Origin: Brevinematia bacterium
GTDB taxonomy: Bacteria; Spirochaetota; Brevinematia; DTOW01
Direction of reading: 5' to 3'
Assembly: GCA_039630355.1 (NCBI GenBank)
Contig: JBCNVF010000013.1
Span: 1,167 to 65,166, forward strand
DNA length: 64,000 nt
Shown here: positions 60,451 to 64,000 of the stretch, piece by piece
Position numbering within the stretch: the stretch's first letter is position 1
Layout: every line of letters starts with the position of its first letter
The notes under the pieces: generated by a model
Databases searched by the model: none
What the model was told of the DNA's origin: nothing
Seen by the model: the letters and a program-made list of their open reading frames with translations, nothing else
Position numbers and translations under genes: made by a program

Positions 60451-60479
60451 AGTATACACACTCAAAACCTTGTTGTCAA
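60451..60479 (-). promoter_or_regulatory. Consensus-like sigma70 promoter TTGACA-N17-TATACT for fliG
   Basis: Minus strand reads cTTGACAacaaggttttgagtgtgTATACTataat. GAGGTGG RBS before the fliG ATG. Confidence 0.45.
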
Positions 60480-60587
60480 GAGTTTCTCCGCTAGAACCAA
60501 AAAAATAGCATGTTTTGAGGTTGTGACATATTCTGCTGTTTCCATTACTGGAAAACATCAGCTTACTTCATGTAGAATTCTTGAGCT

Positions 60588-61568
60588 ATGGAAAGAATCT
60601 TAAGTGGGATGAGACCCACGGGATATCTGCACCTTGGCAACTATGTAGGCGCATTAAGGCAATGGATTGAGTTACAAGGAGAAAATGAGTGTCTCTACAT
60701 GGTTGCAGATCTACACGCTATGACAACAGATTTTGATAATACAACAGACATAAGAGATTTGACAATAGAAATGGTTATAGATTGGCTTTCAACAGGAATT
60801 GACCCCGGAAAAAGCGTAGTTTTTGTTCAATCTATGGTTCCACAGCATGCTGAACTTTTCACAATCCTGTCAATGATAACACCTCTTGGTTGGCTTGAAA
60901 GAAACCCAACCTATAAGGATGCAAAGGAGAATATAAAAGATAAAGATCTAAACAACCTTGGATTCTTCGCTTACCCAGTTTTGCAAGCTGCCGACATCAT
61001 CGTCTATAAAGCAACTAAGGTTCCCGTTGGTAAAGATCAATTACCACACCTTGAGATAACAAGAGAGATCGTAAGAAGGTTTAACTACCTATTTGGTGAG
61101 GTATTCCCTGAACCACAGCCTATACTCGGAGAAGTTGCTCATGTCTACGGAATCGATGGAAGAAAAATGAGCAAAAGCTATAACAACGCTATCTACATAA
61201 AGGACAGTGAAGAAGAGATCTACAAAAAAATTAAGTCAATGGTTACAGACGTAGGAAGACCCAGAAGAACAGATCCAGGAAACCCAGATAACTGTAAAAC
61301 TTTCCCTCTGTATAAAATCTTCTATCCAGAGATTGTCCCAACAGTCATTGAAGAGTGTAAAGGTGCGAAAATAGGATGCACAGAATGCAAGGATAGAATC
61401 GCAAAAAAAGTGATAGACTTCTTAAGACCTATCAAAGAGAAAAGAAAGTATTACGAGAAAAACGTAGACGAAGTAATAGACTTGCTTAAGGAAGGAGCAA
61501 AGAAAGCTACAGGTATTGCTGAAGCTACAATGGATGAGGTAAGAAGAGCAACAAAATTAAAGCTATAA
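60588..61568 (+). CDS. trpS: Tryptophanyl-tRNA synthetase (with Cys4 putative Fe-S motif)
   Basis: HLGNYVG (HIGH-like) and KMSKS motifs. A C236-x20-C257-x6-C264-x2-C267 cluster. Confidence 0.9.
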   Translation: MERILSGMRPTGYLHLGNYVGALRQWIELQGENECLYMVADLHAMTTDFDNTTDIRDLTIEMVIDWLSTGIDPGKSVVFVQSMVPQHAELFTILSMITPLGWLERNPTYKDAKENIKDKDLNNLGFFAYPVLQAADIIVYKATKVPVGKDQLPHLEITREIVRRFNYLFGEVFPEPQPILGEVAHVYGIDGRKMSKSYNNAIYIKDSEEEIYKKIKSMVTDVGRPRRTDPGNPDNCKTFPLYKIFYPEIVPTVIEECKGAKIGCTECKDRIAKKVIDFLRPIKEKRKYYEKNVDEVIDLLKEGAKKATGIAEATMDEVRRATKLKL

Positions 61569-61570
61569 AT

Positions 61571-62302
61571 CTACCCCCAAGCCTCAGCCTTAAACTTATT
61601 TCTATCTACTCCTAAGAACTTCAACACTATCTCCTCTATCTCTCTCACAAACTGTGTGCTACCACAGGCATAAAACATATCCTCATCTCCAGAGATATTG
61701 TCAAGAACTAAATCCTTAGTTATCTTACCTTTAAGACCCTTCCAGTGGTTCCCATCAACTCTCTCAACAGTAATAAATCCTTTGAACCTAGGATTCCTAA
61801 GCATATCTTTGACATCACCTTCATAAATAAACTCCTTAGGCGTCTTGAAAGTGTAAAACAGTATCACCTTAGTATTTGGCATCCTATCGCAAACATACTT
61901 CATAGCAGATCTGATCGGAACTATACCACTACCACCAGCAAAGAATACCACTCTCCTTAAGTTTTTTTTCTCAAACACCTCCCGCCCAAATGGACCAGCT
62001 ACAAAAAGCTTCGTCCCTTCACGCATAACAGAAGAGTCAAAAAATTTCCTAGAAAGATACCCTCCCTCAACAAATCTTACCGTTATACCAACAAGACCAT
62101 CTTTCTCACTCTCAGTAGGAGAAGTAGCAATAAAGTATGCCCTCCTCTTCTTCTTGTCTTCAGCCTCCTCAGGAAAAGAAACCATCATAAAGTGCCCAGG
62201 TTCATACTCAAAATCCCTAATACCAAAGTATAAACTCACCACATCTTCAGCCTCACTAACAACCTTGTTTACCTCCACTATCCCCTGAAATAACTTTCTC
62301 AT
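61571..62302 (-). CDS. FNR-like FAD/NAD(P)-binding oxidoreductase (electron-transfer subunit, PyrK/HydG/AsrB-like, no Fe-S tail)
   Basis: RAYFIATS (RxYS FAD motif) and GGSGIVP (NAD-binding) motifs. 243 aa. Confidence 0.6.
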   Translation of the reverse strand: MRKLFQGIVEVNKVVSEAEDVVSLYFGIRDFEYEPGHFMMVSFPEEAEDKKKRRAYFIATSPTESEKDGLVGITVRFVEGGYLSRKFFDSSVMREGTKLFVAGPFGREVFEKKNLRRVVFFAGGSGIVPIRSAMKYVCDRMPNTKVILFYTFKTPKEFIYEGDVKDMLRNPRFKGFITVERVDGNHWKGLKGKITKDLVLDNISGDEDMFYACGSTQFVREIEEIVLKFLGVDRNKFKAEAWG

Positions 62303-62419
62303 CCCTCTCGCCTCTCATTCTGTAATTCCTACTAATAATATATAAATTAACAACAGAAAGTCAAGAAAACCTATCTAGTGACAACAAATTTTAATTTCCA
62401 TTAGGTAACAAGCTTTTGT

Positions 62420-62470
62420 GCTCATCAAGAAGGAGTGCTTACCCAGTCCCGATAGGGACTGCGAGAATAG
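62420..62470 (-). repeat. Repeat family 2 partial copy G (contains perfect palindrome CAGTCCC-GATA-GGGACTG)
   Basis: The reverse complement CAGTCCCTATCGGGACTGGGTAAGCACTCCTTCTTGATGAGC matches the copy B core. Confidence 0.55.
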
Positions 62471-62597
62471 TAAAAAGAGAGGCTGTTACTTCATTTTATA
62501 AAAATACCCCAAATATCTCTTCAGCTTTTTATGGTGATTGTTGCAAGGCATATATTATATCCTTCACTCTTTTACCCAGATATTACGAGGAGGTTTT

Positions 62598-63326
62598 ATG
62601 AAATTAAGAGGTATGGCTCTGACTTTCACAATAAGTTTTCTGTTGATATGGGCCGATGAGTCTTGGGCTATGAAAGACTATAATCTTTCTGCAACTGGTG
62701 GGACAGGGGTGATAATTTATCCATCGCTTGAGGTTTCAAAGCAATTTGAGATTGGGATTGGAGGACAGGTAGTAGCTTTACCAGATATGGCTATTTCTCC
62801 AAAGTTTAGTCTCTCAATTCAAGGGTTTAACCTAGGAATAGCGTTTGATTACGCAACTTCTAGAAATGGGTGGCCCAAACCTTTAATGTTTTCAACGAAA
62901 TATGTGATTCAGAAAGGATTAGGAATATATGGTGATCTACATTGGAATATTGATCCTAATAATATAGCTTTTTCCTTTATGCTTCTTGGTGGTGAGGGTC
63001 TCTTTGGAATGTCAGTTGGAGGAGGATGGGACTTAACATTTGGCTTTGGTGTAGCATTCACGCCAACCTACGATTGGAATTTAAACGTATTTTTCGCCAT
63101 TCAAAAGGCTATATACTCGGATGTCCTGTTTTTGAAAGCAGAACTTGCTAATTACTCATATAGAGTTATTTACGAGCCATTTTTTGCAAACGATCGCAGA
63201 GGTATCTGTAACCTAGGCTTAAACATTGTTCCAGCAAACTGGATAACAATAGGCATAAATGGTCTTGATCTTCTAGATAACAATAGAAGTCTATCTCTAA
63301 ATCTTAACTTTAGATTCAACGTGTAA
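62598..63326 (+). CDS. Secreted beta-barrel-like hypothetical protein
   Basis: AGGAGG RBS plus an ATG at 62598. Signal peptide MKLRGMALTFTISFLLIWADESWA. Glycine/aromatic-rich beta pattern. Confidence 0.45.
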   Translation: MKLRGMALTFTISFLLIWADESWAMKDYNLSATGGTGVIIYPSLEVSKQFEIGIGGQVVALPDMAISPKFSLSIQGFNLGIAFDYATSRNGWPKPLMFSTKYVIQKGLGIYGDLHWNIDPNNIAFSFMLLGGEGLFGMSVGGGWDLTFGFGVAFTPTYDWNLNVFFAIQKAIYSDVLFLKAELANYSYRVIYEPFFANDRRGICNLGLNIVPANWITIGINGLDLLDNNRSLSLNLNFRFNV

Positions 63327-64000
63327 ACAGTAGATTATTGCTTGTAACATACTTTCTGGATTAGCTATTCCTCTGCCTGCTATATCAAAAGCAGTTCCGT
63401 GATCAGGGCTACTTCTTACGAACGGAAGCCCTATTGTAGTATTAATACCATCGTCAAAGTGCAGAAGCTTAAAACCTATCAAGCCCTGATCATGGTATAA
63501 AGCAACAAGACAATCCAAGCTTTTCTTTCTATACTCAAGGAAAGCGGTATCGGGTGGCAGTGGACCGTATACTTCTAAATCAAGTTCTTCCATAGCTTTA
63601 ATTATTGTTTTCTCTTCATCTCCAATCTCACCCTTCTCACCAGCATGGGGGTTCAAACCACATATTCCTATTCTAACCTCCTCCTTCCCTTCTAACATCT
63701 TGACCCAGTTGTATGAATTAATTAGAGTGCTTTTGATCTTTTCTTTAGAAATACTATTAGGAACATCTTTCAATGGAATATGCTCTGTCAATAAGACAAC
63801 TCTCAGATCCCTGCTATAAAACGCCATGTTATAATTTTCAATTCCAAATGCCTCGGCATAGTATTTAGTGTGTCCACGAAAGCCCGGCAAAACCTTTGCT
63901 ACTCTTTCTTTTGAGATTGGAGCGTTAACAATAGAATCTATCCTATTTTCTTTAAGTAGCTCTATTGACTTATCTATACTATACAAGGAAATTCTACTCG
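63297..64000 (-). CDS. pdxA: 4-hydroxythreonine-4-phosphate dehydrogenase PdxA (N-terminus outside window)
   Basis: GLNPHAGE, metal-binding histidines, and the C-terminal GTAFDIAG. The ORF stays open past position 64000. Confidence 0.8.
   Translation of the reverse strand, partial: SRISLYSIDKSIELLKENRIDSIVNAPISKERVAKVLPGFRGHTKYYAEAFGIENYNMAFYSRDLRVVLLTEHIPLKDVPNSISKEKIKSTLINSYNWVKMLEGKEEVRIGICGLNPHAGEKGEIGDEEKTIIKAMEELDLEVYGPLPPDTAFLEYRKKSLDCLVALYHDQGLIGFKLLHFDDGINTTIGLPFVRSSPDHGTAFDIAGRGIANPESMLQAIIYCLHVESKVKI

Overview
This 64-kb window looks like chromosomal DNA from an AT-leaning diderm bacterium (roughly 40% GC by eye) whose proteins are rich in K, E and I, as in thermophiles. The phylum is uncertain. 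The TrpRS Cys4 motif and a UPF0182 protein are reminiscent of Thermotogae-like anaerobes, but the window also carries a TonB-dependent-receptor-like barrel and Lol-type permeases. I call about 53 protein genes on both strands, almost all housekeeping. They include a 3'-partial outer-membrane barrel at the window start, dnaN-efp-lolC/E-like, mltG, sufS, flgI, groEL (no groES), lysC, dapB, a class V aminotransferase, folC and ppdK. Also present are a GT2 gene with V-ATPase E and F subunits, rmlC, a porin, yjbQ, leuS, pstCAB-phoU, dxr, pilZ, purF, smc, a znuABC-like operon and a gspG-like pseudopilin. The remainder are rpmE-murA-ftsX-like, a V-ATPase D gene overlapping ymdB, queA, purB, UPF0182, a membrane SpoIIE-like PP2C phosphatase, fliG, trpS, an FNR-like oxidoreductase and pdxA, which runs off the window end. 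I recognised no rRNA, tRNA, CRISPR array or obvious mobile-element gene. Two things stand out. First, operon structure is fragmented: flagellar genes (flgI, fliG) and V-type ATPase subunits (F+E; D) sit as orphans in unrelated contexts. Second, the intergenic DNA is filled with at least two dispersed repeat families. One is an 80-100 bp element with a GTTAAC-palindromic core (consensus AATTATGTTAACTTGTTTG), with 7 copies, three of them bracketing smc. The other is a modular element of about 240 bp with conserved hairpins, with 3 full and 4 partial copies in mixed orientations. The most unusual coding content is a two-gene operon encoding a 637-aa PEPCK/HprK-like P-loop protein (Walker A GASGGGKSE) and a secreted 514-aa protein. 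It lies just downstream of two tandem repeat copies and the G9/C6 homopolymer tracts.
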